Shown here piece by piece: positions 24,093 to 38,425 of a stretch of DNA of 64,000 bases. The stretch's first letter is position 1. Every line of letters begins with the position of its first letter. The notes under the pieces are model-generated. The model saw only the letters and a list, made by a program, of their open reading frames with translations. It was not told where the DNA came from and did not search any database. The stretch is from Octopus sinensis (lineage: Eukaryota), in NCBI RefSeq assembly GCF_006345805.1, contig NC_042999.1, positions 8,432,001 to 8,496,000 of the forward strand, given 5' to 3'. The position numbers were made by a program, and so were the translations under genes.

Positions 24093-25244
24093 ATGATGAT
24101 GATATATATATACACATATATATATATATGCAATTCTAAATGTGCAACCATTAATCCAGTAACATTTCTTTCCTCTTTCCATTTTTTTCTTTTTTCCCTC
24201 TTTTTCTCTCCTCATTCCTTTCTATAGGAATCTTCCTTTTTTCCTGAACATCAAAGTAATACACCTTGTCTGCTGTTCCTCTCACCTGTCTCTGTCTTTT
24301 GTTTTTTTTGCTATTTGTATGATTTTGTGTGTGTGTAAGATAGAGAGGGGGACAGAGAGAAGGAGAGAGAGGGGAAAGAGAGAGTATTCTTGAGCCTCCT
24401 TGTCTTGGAATCCTGTGATAACTGTGAGTGCCACTGTCATAGAAGCAGCGTCATTAATTTTCCAATATTCTGTGAAGATATCTGCCGAGGTCGACTTTGC
24501 CTTTCATCCTTTAGGGGTCAGTAAATTAAGTTCCAGTTGCATACTGGGGTCGATCTAATCGATAAACCCCTTCCCCCAAAAGCTTTTGGGCATTGTGCCT
24601 AGAATAGAAAAGAATATTCTGTGAAGATATGTCTGGCTATGGCTGGAAACAGGCAAGGGTTGACAGCAGGAAGGGCACCTGGCTGTAGAAACCCTGCCTC
24701 AGCAGATTCCATCCAATGCTTTTGAGCATGGACAAATGGGTGTAAAAAGGATGAAGATGATGATGATTGTGTATAATTTTCTGTTGTTCTTTTTCTATTA
24801 AGCTTCCCTAACTTCTTGAATATTTATTTAACAACAACATATTCAGCTGCCTTATAAAGCAAACGTGAACATTTTTGAAACAGAAAAAAGAGATATGTAC
24901 AAATAAAAATCATTTTAAAATTTGGAAGCCATAATGTTGAATATTTCTATTAAAAACGATATTGAAGAATGTAACGTTGCAATTGAAACTTTGTGCAAGA
25001 AATGAAAAACTTCGTTAAACCTGATTAAAATCATTAACTGACATTTTGTGACATCTTGAAATAAAAATGAAAGCATTTGGGAAACTGTTGCTTCTAGCAC
25101 AAATATTGGACTATCCAAAATGGCAGGATCTCCACAAATACTCATTTCTTTGCTTTTTATTTCTAAAGACAGACCTTTGCACCTGAAATATAAAGGTTTC
25201 TTAAAATTTGCTGCATTGTTAGAAGCTACCTTTATTTTCATTGG

Positions 25245-25715
25245 TCCCTTTGCTGGTGGCACATAAAAAGCACCATTTGAGCATGGTCAGTGCCAGTGCC
25301 GGCTGACTGGCTCCCATGCTGGTGGTATGTAAAAAGCACCATTCAAGCATGGTTGATGCCAGTTCCGCCTGACTGGCTCCCATGCTGGTGGTACATAAAA
25401 AGCACCATTCGAGCTTGGTTGCCAGTACTGCCCTTTCTGGCTCCCATGCTGGTGGCACTCAAAAAACACCATTCAAGCATGGTTGATGCCAGTGCTGGTT
25501 GACTGGTTCCATGCTGGTGGTACGTAAAAAGCACCCACTACACTCTCTCAGAGTGGTTGGCATTAGGAAGGGCATCCAGCTGTAGAAACCTTCCCAGATA
25601 AGATTGGAGTCTGATGCAGCCTCCTGGCTTGCCAGCCCTCAGGCAAACCGTCCAACCCATGTCAGCATGGAAAATGGACGTTAAACGATGATGAAGATGA
25701 TGATGATGATGATTC
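25245..25715 (+). mobile_element. RTE 3' end with about five tandem TGGTGG..CA..TAAAAAGCACC units
   Basis: Direct repeat units and standard RTE terminus. Confidence 0.8.
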
Positions 25716-26321
25716 ATTATTCTATTTCTGTGTTACAATGCTTCAAACAAACTACAACACTCTTCTAGAAAGGAAATATTCTCTTTGTAGCTGTTAAACA
25801 TTGAAATGAAAGTTGCAAACGAATAGGTTAATAGCTTATTTAGTTCCCCATCATTAAACGGCTTTGATGACCAAAACAGGGCTCCAGTAAGTCTGTACAC
25901 TGTTTCTTTATTGGCTGAATCTGGAAGAAGGGGCTGTGCGCAAACCCTTCACATACCTTCTTGAACAAGTCAGATCAATGTGGTTTCATCCTCTTGAACA
26001 TTTGTAACACAAAGGCAACAGGAAACAATATTTTGAAGAGGAAGTGCTGAGAATAGGGATGAATTAGGGGCCTTTGTGGGGACAGAGTATGAGTGATGAA
26101 AGGAGAAGTGGAAGTGGTTTGTGAACAGCTAGATTGAAGAAGTAGGGGGTCAAAGTAGAAGTCGTAAACAAAGGGCAAAGAGAGGACACAGAATGACCTG
26201 TGGTCAGTGGCTTCAGTCAGTTGGTGTGTGTGATGTCATAGCAACTTGTTAAGTGACTTTTCATTGTCTGTGATCGGGAATGGTTTTGTATGCAAGTGTC
26301 CCAGATCTGAGAGCAGTACTC

Positions 26322-26850
26322 ATTTCATCATCATCATCATCATCATTATCGTCATTGACGTCATCATCATCATCATCATCTTCATCATCATCACCATCAT
26401 CATCATCATCAACATAACATCATCATCATCGTCGTCATCATCATCACTATCGTCATCACCATCGTCATCCCTATCATCATCGTCGTCATCGTCATCATCA
26501 TCATCGCCATCATCATCGTCGTCATCATCATCATCATCGTCATCATCCTCATCATCACCATCATGGATGCTTTGACCGGAGTTGCTGGCCCAGGGGACTG
26601 CGCCAGACCTTACTGTCTGCTTTGGCATGGTTTCTACAGCTAGATGCCCTTCTTAATGTCAATTTCCCATAGCCTGATTTTGGTTTGGTTTCTACAGCTG
26701 GATGCCCTTCCTAACACCAACCACTTTATAGAGTGTACTGAGAGGTTTTTACATGGCACCAGCACAGGTCCCTTTTACATGGCACCAGCACAGGTCCCTT
26801 TTATATGGCACCAGCACCAATGCTTTTTATGTGGAACCAATACATCCACA
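26322..26850 (-). mobile_element. Long (CAT)n tract followed by a degenerate RTE 3' end
   Basis: (CAT/CGT)n at 26322-26565; CAGCTGGATGCCCTTCCTAA motif. Confidence 0.65.
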
Positions 26851-26900
26851 CCTATTGACTGAAAAAGCGCCTCTGGCCACTTCAGAAGTAACAAGACAGC

Positions 26901-27132
26901 CTATTTCATTATTACCCACAAGGGGCTAAACATAGAGGGGACAAACAAGGACAGAGAAATGGATTAAGTCAATTACATCGAACCCCGTGCATAACTGGTA
27001 CTTAATTTATCGACCCTGAAAGGATGAAAGGCAAAGTTGACCTCGGCAGAATTTGAACTCACAACGTTGCGACAGATGAAATACCACAAAGCATTTCGCC
27101 CAACGTGCTAACGATTCTGCCAGTTCGCCGCC
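26901..27132 (-). mobile_element. Full-length SINE family C
   Basis: Minus strand GGCGGCGAACTGGCAGAATCGTTAGCAC...GAGTTCAAATTC...GGGTAATAATGAAATAG. Confidence 0.8.
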
Positions 27133-28629
27133 TTCAAGATAACCAATCCTGACAATGTCCTCTCTCAGACAATGTGCCACACAGCTATTCCCTATCATCC
27201 GCACATTCTTCAATTTCTCTCTTTTCTTAGGCATATATATGAATCTTTGTAGAAACGTGGTATTGAACCCAAAACCATGTGATTAGGAAACAAACTTCTC
27301 ACCCACACAACCATTCCTGCCCCTATAAGAAGTGAAATACTCTCATGAGTGACTGCTACTTTTAGGAATGACTGCTGCCTTCTTTGGCAAACTGATTCTC
27401 CAGGAATGTTGCCAACATAAAAATAAAAGTCTTGAAGTAGGAACCAACTGGTTAACTAAAATTTATTTCAAGAAATTTTTTAGAAACATTTCACCTCTCG
27501 AAAGACACACAACTGTTCATTTATGCCTGATTTTATTAAGATAGAGTATATTTTCTTTCCATATTGTTGTTGTTGTTGTTGCTGCAGTTGTTATTATTGT
27601 TATTTTGCATTTTTAAGTGTTTTATCAATTGGATTTCTAGCACTTTCACTTTAATTTTAAGAATATTTGGAGAGGAATAAATAATGCCATAATTTCTTGA
27701 GAAAGCTTTTCAATGACATCATTAGCACTCTAATAATTGGAATATCTTATCAACAACCAAAAAAACAGAAAAAAGAGACTTGTTTAAGACGACTATAACC
27801 AATCCACTTTAATCACATAGAGAAGATTCTTCTCCTCGCAGCAGAATATGTTTCAAGTTGAAAACTTCATTTACAAAGCAGAACAGGAGTCTTTGTTTTG
27901 TGTTCTTTTTCGTTATTTTTATTTGATTTCCATTTACCCTGTCAAGAGAAATCAATACGAGATTAAGTATTGTTTCTTTTCACAAGAATTAATTATTCTT
28001 GAGGTGAAACTGTAAATGGAGAAACTAGAAAAAAAGAAGGAAAAAAGCCAGAATGAAAACTTCTAAATTCCCAATAGAATATATCTATAAATGCATACAT
28101 GTACAGACACACCACACGCACACACACACATACACACATACACACATTCGTATGTGTGTGTGTATGTATATACACAAATACATACATATATATATATATA
28201 CACACACATATATAATCTATTTTGACATAAATGCACCTACATAATCACATAGGCAATTTCATATGAAATTTTTAATGTATATACATATGTATACACGTGT
28301 ACATACAATTTACCAAAGGCAGTACATGCATTCATGCATACATACATACATACAAATGTGCATATATATATATATATATGTGTGTGTATGTGTGTATGTG
28401 TACATATTTGTACACACATAGATGCACATATAATTTGCCAAAGGCAGCATATATATATATGTATGCATGCATGTATGTATGTATGTATGTATATATATAT
28501 ATATATGAATATATCATCATCATCATCATCATCATCGTTTAGCGTCCGTTTTCCATGCTAGCATGGGTTGGACGATATATATATATATATATATATAGTT
28601 GGAATTTACAAAAAAAAACAAAACAAAAG

Positions 28630-28740
28630 ACGAAGACGGGTGTGTAAACAATGAGCAGGTGTATTAGTTTAACGCACAGGAAGTGAGAAAGTCTTTTATG
28701 TTTCGAGCCTATGCTCTTCATCAAAAAGGAACACAGAAAT
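28630..28740 (-). mobile_element. Family G repeat with a degenerate hammerhead (28693-28728)
   Basis: cttt-TTGATGA-a-GAGC-atag-GCTC-GAA-ACAT-A-AAAG. Confidence 0.55.
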
Positions 28741-29329
28741 AAGCAGAGAAAGAAAATAATAAAGGTTTAGTGGCTAGCGATCAATCATGGTGAAGGCTGG
28801 ACAGAGGTGGTCATATACACGTACATAAATAATTGCAGATGGACAATGTGTCAATTTGCTACAACTGTTTCCAATGAATTTTTAATTGGTTAATGGAGAC
28901 ATTACATCATTAGAAAAAGCCTATGACCAGCAAGGGTCGTAGAATCATAAAGGTGCACATGCCATTGCCCTTGAATGATTCTAAATGCTGTGGTTCATGT
29001 ATTCACCTGATAAAACTAGATTTTCCTAATGTTGTAATGAATGAATGAATAAAAAATTCGTTGGAAACGGCTGTAGTGAATTGACATATTATCCATCTGT
29101 TGTTATTTGTTTATTTATTATTCATCTCTCTCAGAACTCACTTATCACATGATCCATACACTTAGTGGACCATACACTTAGTGCAGTGTGTGTTTCCTGA
29201 TTAGCCTCAGGGCTCGTGGTATACTCAACCAGGTGCAGTTAATCATATACATAACCTCAATATCTTTCTACATCTACTTTGATACCCGCATATGTATCCC
29301 TCTATTTTTGTTGTGTACACAGTTTACTT

Positions 29330-29450
29330 TTCGACCCGACCTGGGTCTTTGATTCACTTGAACCCTGAGCAACGCTCAGTCTGGGGATCGAAACTGCAAT
29401 CCTATGACCGTGAGTCCACTGCCCTAACCACTGGACCATTGCACCTCTAC
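29330..29450 (-). mobile_element. tRNA-like SINE head related to family F
   Basis: Minus strand TGGTCCAGTGGTTAGGGCAGTGGACTCACGGTCATAGGATTGCAGTTTCGATCCCC. Confidence 0.6.
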
Positions 29451-29631
29451 AAAGATGTTATTAAGATAATATTGTTCTTATTAGGCTGGAACATAAATTA
29501 ACATAGAATTTTGATGGAAGGGTTAAATTCTGACCGCTTTAAAACAGGAAGGTTACATCTTGGAAATAAAAATGGTCTCTAAAGATTTGGTATCAAAATG
29601 TTTAACTGATAATGTCTACAAGAAATAAACA

Positions 29632-30692
29632 GGCGCAGGAGTGGCTGTGTGGTAAGTAGCTTGCTTACGAACCGCATGGTTCCGGGTTCAGTCCCACTGC
29701 ATGGCACCTTGGGCAAGTGTCTTCTACTATAGCCTCGGACTGACCAAAGCCTTGTGAGTGGATTTGGTAGACGGAAACTGAAAGAAGCCCGTCGTATATA
29801 TATATATATGCGTGTGTGTGTTTGTGCGTCTGTGTTTGTCCCCCTAGCATTGCTTGACAACCGATGCTGGTGTGTTTATGTCTCCGTTACATAGCGGTTC
29901 AGCAAAAAAGACCGATAGAATAAGTACTGGGCTTACAAAAGAATAAGTCCCGGGGTTGAGTTGCTCAATTAAAGGCGGTGCTCCAGCATGGCCGCAGTCA
30001 AATGACTGAAACAAGTAAAAGAGTAAAGAGTAAGAGTATGTGTGTGAATGTGTGTCTGTTTGTCCCCCCAACATCGCTTGACAACTGATGCTGGTGTGTT
30101 TACGTCCCCATGACTTAGCGGTTCAGCAAAGAGACCGACAGAATAAGTACTAGGCTTACAAAAGCATAAGTCCTGGGGTCGATTTGCTCGACTAAAGGCG
30201 GTGCTCCAGCATGGCCACAGTCAAATGACTAAAACAAATAAAAGAATAAAAGAATAAAAGAAAGATAATGAGAACAAAGTAACAGGCGCAGGAGTGGCTG
30301 TGTGGTAAGTAGCTTGCTAACCAGCCACATGGTTCCGGGTTCAGCCCCACTGCGTGGCATCTTGCGCAAGTGTCTTCTGTTATAGCCCCGGGCCGACCAA
30401 TGCCTTGTGAGTGGATTTGGTAGATGGAAACTGAAAGAAGCCTGTCGTATATATGTATATATATGTATGGGTGTGTGTGTATATGTTTGTGTTTGTCCCC
30501 CTAGCATTGCTTGACAACGGAAGCTGGTGCGTTTACGTCCCCGTCACTTAGCTGTTCGGCAAAAGAGACCGATAGAATAAGTACTGGGCTTACAAAAGAA
30601 TAAGTCCCGGGGTCGAGTTGCTCGATTAAAGGCGGTGCTCCAGCATGGCCGCAGTCAAATGACTGAAACAAGTAAAAGAGTAAAGAGTAAAG
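29632..30692 (+). mobile_element. Cluster of SINE family B: full (29632-30035), 3' half (30036-30255), full (30285-30692)
   Basis: Three consecutive GGCGGTGCTCCAGCATGGCC.CAGTCAAATGACT tails; two heads GGCGCAGGAGTGGCTGTGTGGTAAG. Confidence 0.9.
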
Positions 30693-31269
30693 ATTAACAC
30701 AATATCACCCCTTTTTCTTTCCAATTTGTGTTATTGCTTGCCAAGTTCTAAGACTTACCTGGTGATAGGAGTTCAATTTTTAGTATGCTTGCCAATTTTT
30801 TTTTTAGTTTCTTTTAGTAAATATCAAAAATTTCTTTTTTATCTGCAAAAGTGTATTTCATTAAAAGACGAATGTGCATGCAAGTGTATATGTTTGTATT
30901 TTATTTGTAGCTTTATGTGTGTGTATGAATATGTTACTGTTTTATTGCTGTGAAATTTCTGATATTAATATTTAATATCGGCGGCACCGTTCTGTTTACT
31001 ACGGAATAATACGATCACTGTTGTAGTATATGTTAGTGTGTGATTAAAAGTCTGCTGAAGATGTTACCATTATCATTCAATGAATAATGATTAATTTTAA
31101 TAAGAATAATGATTATTTCTTTCATATCATCAATAATTTAATAAGTCTGTCATGAGACAGGAAATCAGTGAATCTGAGAAGTAATCAATTACAAAAGTCA
31201 TCGTCATCGTCATCATCATCATCGTCTCATCCTCAGCATCATCGTCATCATCATCATCATATCATCATC

Positions 31270-31301
<32 letters not shown>

Positions 31302-31754
31302 CATCATCACCATTTAACATCTGTTTTTCATGCTGCCGTGGGCCTTGACAGTCTGACAGAGGAGCTGGTGAGGCCAGGAGCCACATCAGGCTCCAACTGT
31401 CTGACTAGGGCTTGGTTTCTACATCCAGATGCCCTTTCTGTCCCCAACCACTTTACAGAGTGGACTGAGTGCTTTCTACATGGCACTAACATAAAGACAT
31501 TTATAGTCATGACACCAGCACGAGTGTTCTATATGCCAAAACAGTACAAGTGCTTTTTACATGGCACCAGCCCAGTTGCTTTTATCAATAATAAAAAAAA
31601 AGAATCAAATAAGAAAATTGCAACACCCCCAGTCTGCATGACCCTGGAGTCAGACATGCCATTCAGACAATCATATAACTGGTTTGACATTTGCCATACA
31701 TTTTTTCTCTCCCATTGAAACCTATTAAGTCAATTATATCAACATCAAAATAAA

Positions 31755-32095
31755 TATCAAATGGAAATTGTAGATGCGATACCTGTGCCAGTGGCTTGTA
31801 AAAAGCACAATCCGAATGTGGCCGATGCCAGCGCCACCTTGACTGGCTTCTGTGCCAGTGGTACATAAAAAGCACCAACCAATCGTGGCCGCTGCCAGCC
31901 TACCATGGCACCTGTGTAAAAAGCACCCAATACACCCATGGAGTGGTTGGCATTAGGAAGGGCATCCAGCTGTAGAAACACTGCCAGATCAGACTGGAGC
32001 CTGGTGCAGCCTCCATGGCTACCCTGACCCTGGTCGAACTGTCCAACCCGTGCTAGCACGGAAAACGGACGTTAAACGATGATGATGATGATGAT
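31755..32095 (+). mobile_element. RTE 3' end
   Basis: Standard terminus and (GAT)n tail. Confidence 0.8.
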
Positions 32096-32285
32096 TGCGA
32101 TTTTATGTTTCTCTTCCATTTTACGAATCTACTATACACGTGCAGATTGCATCTTCATACATTTCTTTCTAGTTCCTACTCAAAACTGTTTATATATCAC
32201 AACCGTCTCACAAACTGGTGTTTGTGAAGAGTACTTTGCACTCTGATGGTTGTGAAGAAAAGAAATTAATCAACATTTATTGCAT

Positions 32286-32975
32286 TTCTATATTTAAGAG
32301 ATGAGGAATTACGTATATTATTTACAATATTTACATTTGATGTAGTGGTTAAGAGTGCAGGCTACTAACCCCAAGATTCCAAGATCGATTTCAGGCAGTG
32401 ACCTTAATAATGGTAATAATAATAATAATAATCATAATAACGAATTGAACTTGGAATCTTGGGGTTAGAAGCCTGTGCTCTTAACCACGTAGCCATATGC
32501 CCATGGGCAAATATGGAGTGAATTTTGGGGCTTATAAATCTAATATTTTCCTATCCTTCTGAGTTTGATTCCAGGCAGTGACCTGAATAATAATAATATT
32601 TATAAAAATGATAATAATAATAATAATAATAATAATAATTTAATTTAACTTCAAAAAAAAAAAAAAATGAACGAACTATTGAGTTTAGTTTAATGGCCTA
32701 CCAATGTATACTATGAGTTTCTTTGCCCTAGGAGTCGGGAAGACACTCGGCAAGAAATGGAAGCAAATTTGAAAGAAGAAGAAAAAAAAAAAAAATAATA
32801 ATAATAATAATAATAACAATAATAATATCAAAAAATACCTTAGGAATGAGAACCCAGGTTTGAAATTTCCCCAAAGCACCTGATGAAGGCTGGAGGGTAC
32901 ATCAGCCGAAACGTGTTAACAACAAACAAGATGAGGACAAATATCCATCAAATGTAAATAATGTAAATAATGTAT
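32286..32975. mobile_element. Family D composite: inverted tail end, tRNA-like head (32341-32404 +), inverted head (32443-32502 -), B-box, (TAA)n, R4 3'UTR, (TAA)n, hammerhead tail (32830-32975 +)
   Basis: TGTAGTGGTTAAGAGTGCAGGCTACTAACCCCAAGATTCCAAGATCGATTTC; HHR at 32875-32917 reads CTGATGA-a-GGCTG...CAGCC-GAAAC with a 3-nt deletion after stem III. Confidence 0.75.
32650..32795 (+). mobile_element. 3'UTR-only copy of the R4/Dong-like element inside (TAA)n
   Basis: Reverse complement of 48430-48570 (GCCCTAGGAGTCGGGAAGACACTCGGCAAGAAATGG). Confidence 0.85.
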
Positions 32976-33271
32976 TGCATTTTTTCTTTATTTGTTGCCT
33001 GTTTCTGTCGAGTGGTTAATCTTATCCTTAAATGCTATCCTGAGACCTTCTATTTTTAGTTGTCTCCCTTTTATTATTATTATTATCATTATTATTATTC
33101 TCTGTCATTCTTCTATGATTTAGTTTTTAGCATTTAAACCAACCCAAAAATTCTGCTGTTAGTTCTGTCTGAAGCAGCCTGATCTTGCCTCTCACCCTCA
33201 CCCAACAATGTTATTCTAAAAACAAACAATCAATTCAATTAAATTTCAAAGTTACGAGATAATACATGATT

Positions 33272-33540
33272 TTTTTCACGCTAAGAATTGCTGAAGCATG
33301 GAACAAACTGCCGGCATCAGTTGTTAGTTGTCGGAGCACTGCATCCTTCAAAACTTCCATGCTTCCTGAGATTCGCCAACACTACACCTGATTTTCTCCC
33401 CTCCATACACACGGAAGCATGGATCTGACTCATACACTGTTCGCTTCCCAGACATTTGTACATTACTGCATATGCTTTATATGCACTTTTGACAAGTTGT
33501 GGTGCACCTCAGCACTGTGTACAATAATTTCATTATTATT
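33272..33540 (+). mobile_element. CR1-clade LINE 3' end
   Basis: FFTLRIAEAWNKLPASVVSCRSTASFK matches the CR1 terminal motif FF..RV...WN.LP; UTR and (ATT)n tail follow. Confidence 0.75.
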
Positions 33541-33541
33541 A

Positions 33542-33589
<48 letters not shown>

Positions 33590-33797
33590 TATGTTTGACT
33601 TTTGCTTTATGTCTGTACAAGTTGGCTCCAAGTCTCACCCAGAGACCTCAAGAGACAACAGGTTGGAAGTTCACGTTGTTGTTATGTCTAGTGTGCCATA
33701 TATTTGGGGGTTTTTTTTTGGTGTTGTACTAGTGAATGTCTAATACATAAATTTAAAAATAAAAAGTTTGTTTTAAACCTTGGGATTACATAGAGAG

Positions 33798-33841
<44 letters not shown>

Positions 33842-34322
33842 TTAATTCACAACAACACCGATAAATAAACATTAAATTTGATGGAACAATCTGAGTACTA
33901 AAGGGTCAACCGAATTCTCTGGGCCACCAAAGTAACTGAGAGGAAGGGACAGCAACGAGAGAAAAGGGCTTTTCAGACTTTAAAGAAAAAAAAAGGCTCT
34001 GGTATTTTATCAGACATATAGCGAAGTGGGTAGTGGTGAGTTTGTTTTAGAAGGGTGGATGAAGGAAGCTGATGTGGATGGAGGGAAGAGTGTAGCAGAA
34101 TTAGATCGGAGAGCAGAATTTGTGAAATCATTTGTTGTAATTTTTCTGGTTATTTACATTTCTGAGTTCAAATCTTGCTGAGGCCAATTTCACCTTTCAT
34201 CCATTCAGGGCCAGTAAAATAAAGTAGTGGTCAAGCCCTGGGAGTTGATTTAATTGGCCATGCCCATCCCTGCCAAAATATCAGGTCTTGTACCAACCTT
34301 AGAAACAATTATTATAATCATT

Positions 34323-34360
<38 letters not shown>

Positions 34361-34589
34361 TGTTTACCATCTTGTTTTCCAATCTGGCATCAGTTGGATG
34401 GTTCGATGCGAACAGACAATCCAAGGGGTCATGCCAAGTTCTTAATGTCTGCTGTGGCATGTTTTCTATAGCTGGAGGCCATTATTATTATTAGTGTCAT
34501 AGGAAGGTTAACAGAGAAAATAGTCTTTGTGAGGGGCAGATACAATAAACACTAGGAATGTGTGGAAAAGAGACTCCCTCAAATATCAA

Positions 34590-34910
34590 AAGGGATCCTT
34601 AGAAAGAAATAGCAGATAGCTTCCATTATCTAGATAACCACGTTAGCCTCTGTGGTGATGGTCCAGGAAGGGTAGTTACTGGAAGAAGAAACAACTGGGC
34701 AAGTTCTACTTTTGATGGCAACAAAGGCCTCTCCCTCAGAGTGAAATGAATGTTTGTATGATGCCTGTGTATGGACAGCTATGCTGCATGGCAATAGAAC
34801 ATGGACTGCGACTACAGACGACATGAAAAGGCTTGAAAGGAAAACAGTATGTTCTGCTTGATGCACAATGTCAGTGTGCATGTGCAACAGAGTGTAAATG
34901 TTTTGAGAGG
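34590..34910 (+). mobile_element. Old internal fragment of the RTE ORF
   Basis: Nucleotide homology to 47100-47425 (TGTATGATGCCTGTGTA...ATGCTGCATGGCA). Confidence 0.7.
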
Positions 34911-34944
34911 AAACACAGTTCTATATTTAAGAGATGAGGAATTC

Positions 34945-35346
34945 TCTCTGATTTTTACTCTTTTACTTGTTTCAGTCATTTGACGGCGGCCATGCAGGAG
35001 CATCACCTTTAGTCGAGCAAATCGACCTAAGGACCAATTCTTTGTAAGCCTTGTACTTATTCTATCGGTCTTTATTGCCAAACCGCTAAGTTATGGGGAT
35101 GTAAACGCACCAGCATCAGTTTTCAAGTGATGTGTGTGTGGGGGGGGGACAAACACAGACACACAAACATATACACACACATACATATATACATACATAT
35201 ATACGATAGGCTTCTTTCAGTTTCTGCCTACCTTTAGAATAAGTACTAGGCTTACAAAGAACATGTCCTAGGGTCGATTTGTTCGACTAAAAGCGGTGCT
35301 CCAGCATGGCCGCAGTCAAATGACTGAAACAAGTAAAAGAGTAAAG

Positions 35347-35347
<1 letters not shown>
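34945..35347. mobile_element. Two partial SINE B copies in inverted orientation (34945-35232 - and 35236-35347 +)
   Basis: The ~110-bp 3' tails are reverse complements of each other. Confidence 0.75.
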
Positions 35348-35396
<49 letters not shown>

Positions 35397-35762
35397 CATA
35401 CATACATACATATATATATATGCATAATCACACACACACATCTATCATTACATATAAACATATATATGTATATATCTATATGTATAAATATATGTGTGTG
35501 TATCTATATGTGTGTGTGTGTATATATATACATATATGCACACAGACACACACACAAACATATATATATCTATGTACATGATGTATGTACGTTAATGTTT
35601 GTTTTTACGTCAACATGTTATTCAATACGTTTTACTGTTGAATAAGTTTATTTATATCTGTGTGCATATATATATATATATAATATATATATATATAATA
35701 TATATATATATACATGAATATATATACATATACATATATATTTGTTTATATATACATGTATG

Positions 35763-35802
<40 letters not shown>

Positions 35803-37005
35803 TATAGATACACACACATATATTTATATGTATAGATATATACATATATATATGTTTATATGTAATGATAGATGTGTGTGTGTGTGTCTGTGTGCATGTG
35901 TGTGTGTGTTTGTGCATAACTCACACCCACCATGATATCATTATTAACCTCTTTTTCTTGATCATTATATTTCACAATTTTTGTGATGCTCATTACTAAC
36001 ATCATCATCATCATCATCATCATCATCATAAGCTCCACCCCCTGTCGCCGCCACCCCACCACCCTCCACCACCACCACCACCACCACCACTCTCATCATT
36101 TTTTTTTCTTCTTCTCTCTTATTCAATACCACATTTCCATTTCTCGCTACCTTTGCACTTTTATTAATATTCCCTCCACAGCCAACATCGTCAAGTGATT
36201 GCTGGCCAGGAACACAATGCCTATTGTTAAACCACCGAATTGATTGCCAAACTTTGGAGCAAAATATGTCTTCATGTAAGGGGGGCTTTTCAACATAACA
36301 ATACCTTTTGACGAGATTGTATCTTGTATCCAAATTCACTTCTGGTAAAATTTGTTGGCACCATGATTGCAAAATTTTTCTGCCAGCGCTTACGCTGTTA
36401 TGTTGTGCGAAATCACTTCCTGCAAATATAATTCAGAAAAAGGAAAAAAAACATTACAGCATTGAAAATAGGTTTTGTGTTGGTGTGATGAAGGGAAGCT
36501 GTTTAAATTTAGCAAGAAGGAAAATAATGGCATGGTTGAAGTGCTGAGATACGGACTAAATAATCAAGAATACAAGCCAGTGCTATCTGTTGTTGTCTTA
36601 TATCATTGGGGATTATAAAAAAATGGATTATTATATCCTTGGGGATTATACATAAGTCTACTTGTTAAAGATTTTCTTTTCTAGTGGTAGACATCGGATA
36701 TATTGGTAATTCGTTGTCGGTTGGTTTGCTTATAAAAGAGGTGAGTCAAGTTCTGGTGGCTTGAAGAAAATGTAAATTATCTGCATGTCAAAACTTCATC
36801 TCAGTTTATATGAACAGCAGAAAAATAAATGGGACCAATAGATTATATACATGTGTATTTGCATGTGTATTTGCATGCGTGTGTGTGTGTGTGTGTACAT
36901 GCATGTAAAACATGGAAAATCTTTCCAGAAGTTTAGCGCATGATTCCATAAGCACATGTATTGATATGAAACTATAGGTATATGCATACTATATATATAT
37001 ATATA

Positions 37006-37166
<161 letters not shown>

Positions 37167-37499
37167 TAGAGGGAAACCACTATATGGACACCCTTATGCT
37201 AGAAATAGATCTGCTATGGTCTTACTACTAAGAAATGTTCTCAAGAAAAATTTTGCAAAACAACCAAAATGTAATTGAGCAAGGCAAAAGAAAAAGCAAT
37301 AAAAATATGGATTATTCACATACATGTTTCACTATCACCATATTATATAATTTTAATTACGCAATTTGTCTGTAGATCTTTGGTGTGACCGTCCAAATGA
37401 ATATAATTTGCAGGACTGCATACTAGGGCATCCACACAATGTCAGACCTGTAAACAGTTCTACCCATTACACTCGTGGTTACTATTTAAATTTAAATTT

Positions 37500-37537
<38 letters not shown>

Positions 37538-38059
37538 ATATATATATAGAGAGGAAAACATAAAGAATTGCACATGCACTGGTGCAAATGCTTGCACATA
37601 GTCACATATACATGCACACGTGCCCTGTTGATTTTGTTGAAATTCCAACGAAGGTGCCTTGGAGCTGAGAAACTAATTACGTGTTGGTAAGAAACCCAGA
37701 AATGAATCTAAATGATTATATAAATACATAAACACTCATTCATACATATACACTCATTCTTGTACATGCTCATTCATGCATACACATACATACATACACC
37801 CATACATACACAAATACATACACACATACATACACACATACATATATACATGCATGCATACAGACATATATGCATGCATATATACATACATAAAGGAGAA
37901 TGCTAATTCGAAGACTACAGATCCAAACCATCACTGGAACTGTAAAAATCTGTAAAACTTTCCAGAAGTTTATCATTTAAATATATAAGAGCATGTCTAG
38001 AGATGCAATTATGTGCATGAGAATACACACGTAAAGGAAAACATACAAATCTGCACATA

Positions 38060-38425
38060 TGCATACATACATACACACATACATTCATACATACATACAT
38101 ACATACATAGAAACATACATACGTACATACACACATACATACATACATGCATACATGGATACATACACACATACATACATGCATACATACATACATACAC
38201 ACATACATACATACATACATACATACATACATACATACACACATACATACATGCATACATACATACATACACACATACATACATACATACATACATACAT
38301 ACATACATACATACATACATACATACATACACACACACATACATACATACATACATACACACACACATACATACATACATACATACACACACATACATAC
38401 ATACATACATACATACATACATACA
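38060..38425. repeat. (TACA)n microsatellite
   Basis: Direct reading; source of the MYVC/HTYI ORFs. Confidence 0.95.

Noticed and set aside
24915-25262. 115-aa minus-strand ORF as a gene
   Set aside because: It starts inside an RTE repeat, has no recognisable domain and has no convincing splice pair.
32341-32502. Functional tRNA genes
   Set aside because: A/B boxes and an anticodon-like arm are present, but there is no complete acceptor stem and the segment is embedded in a repeat; treated as a SINE-like head.
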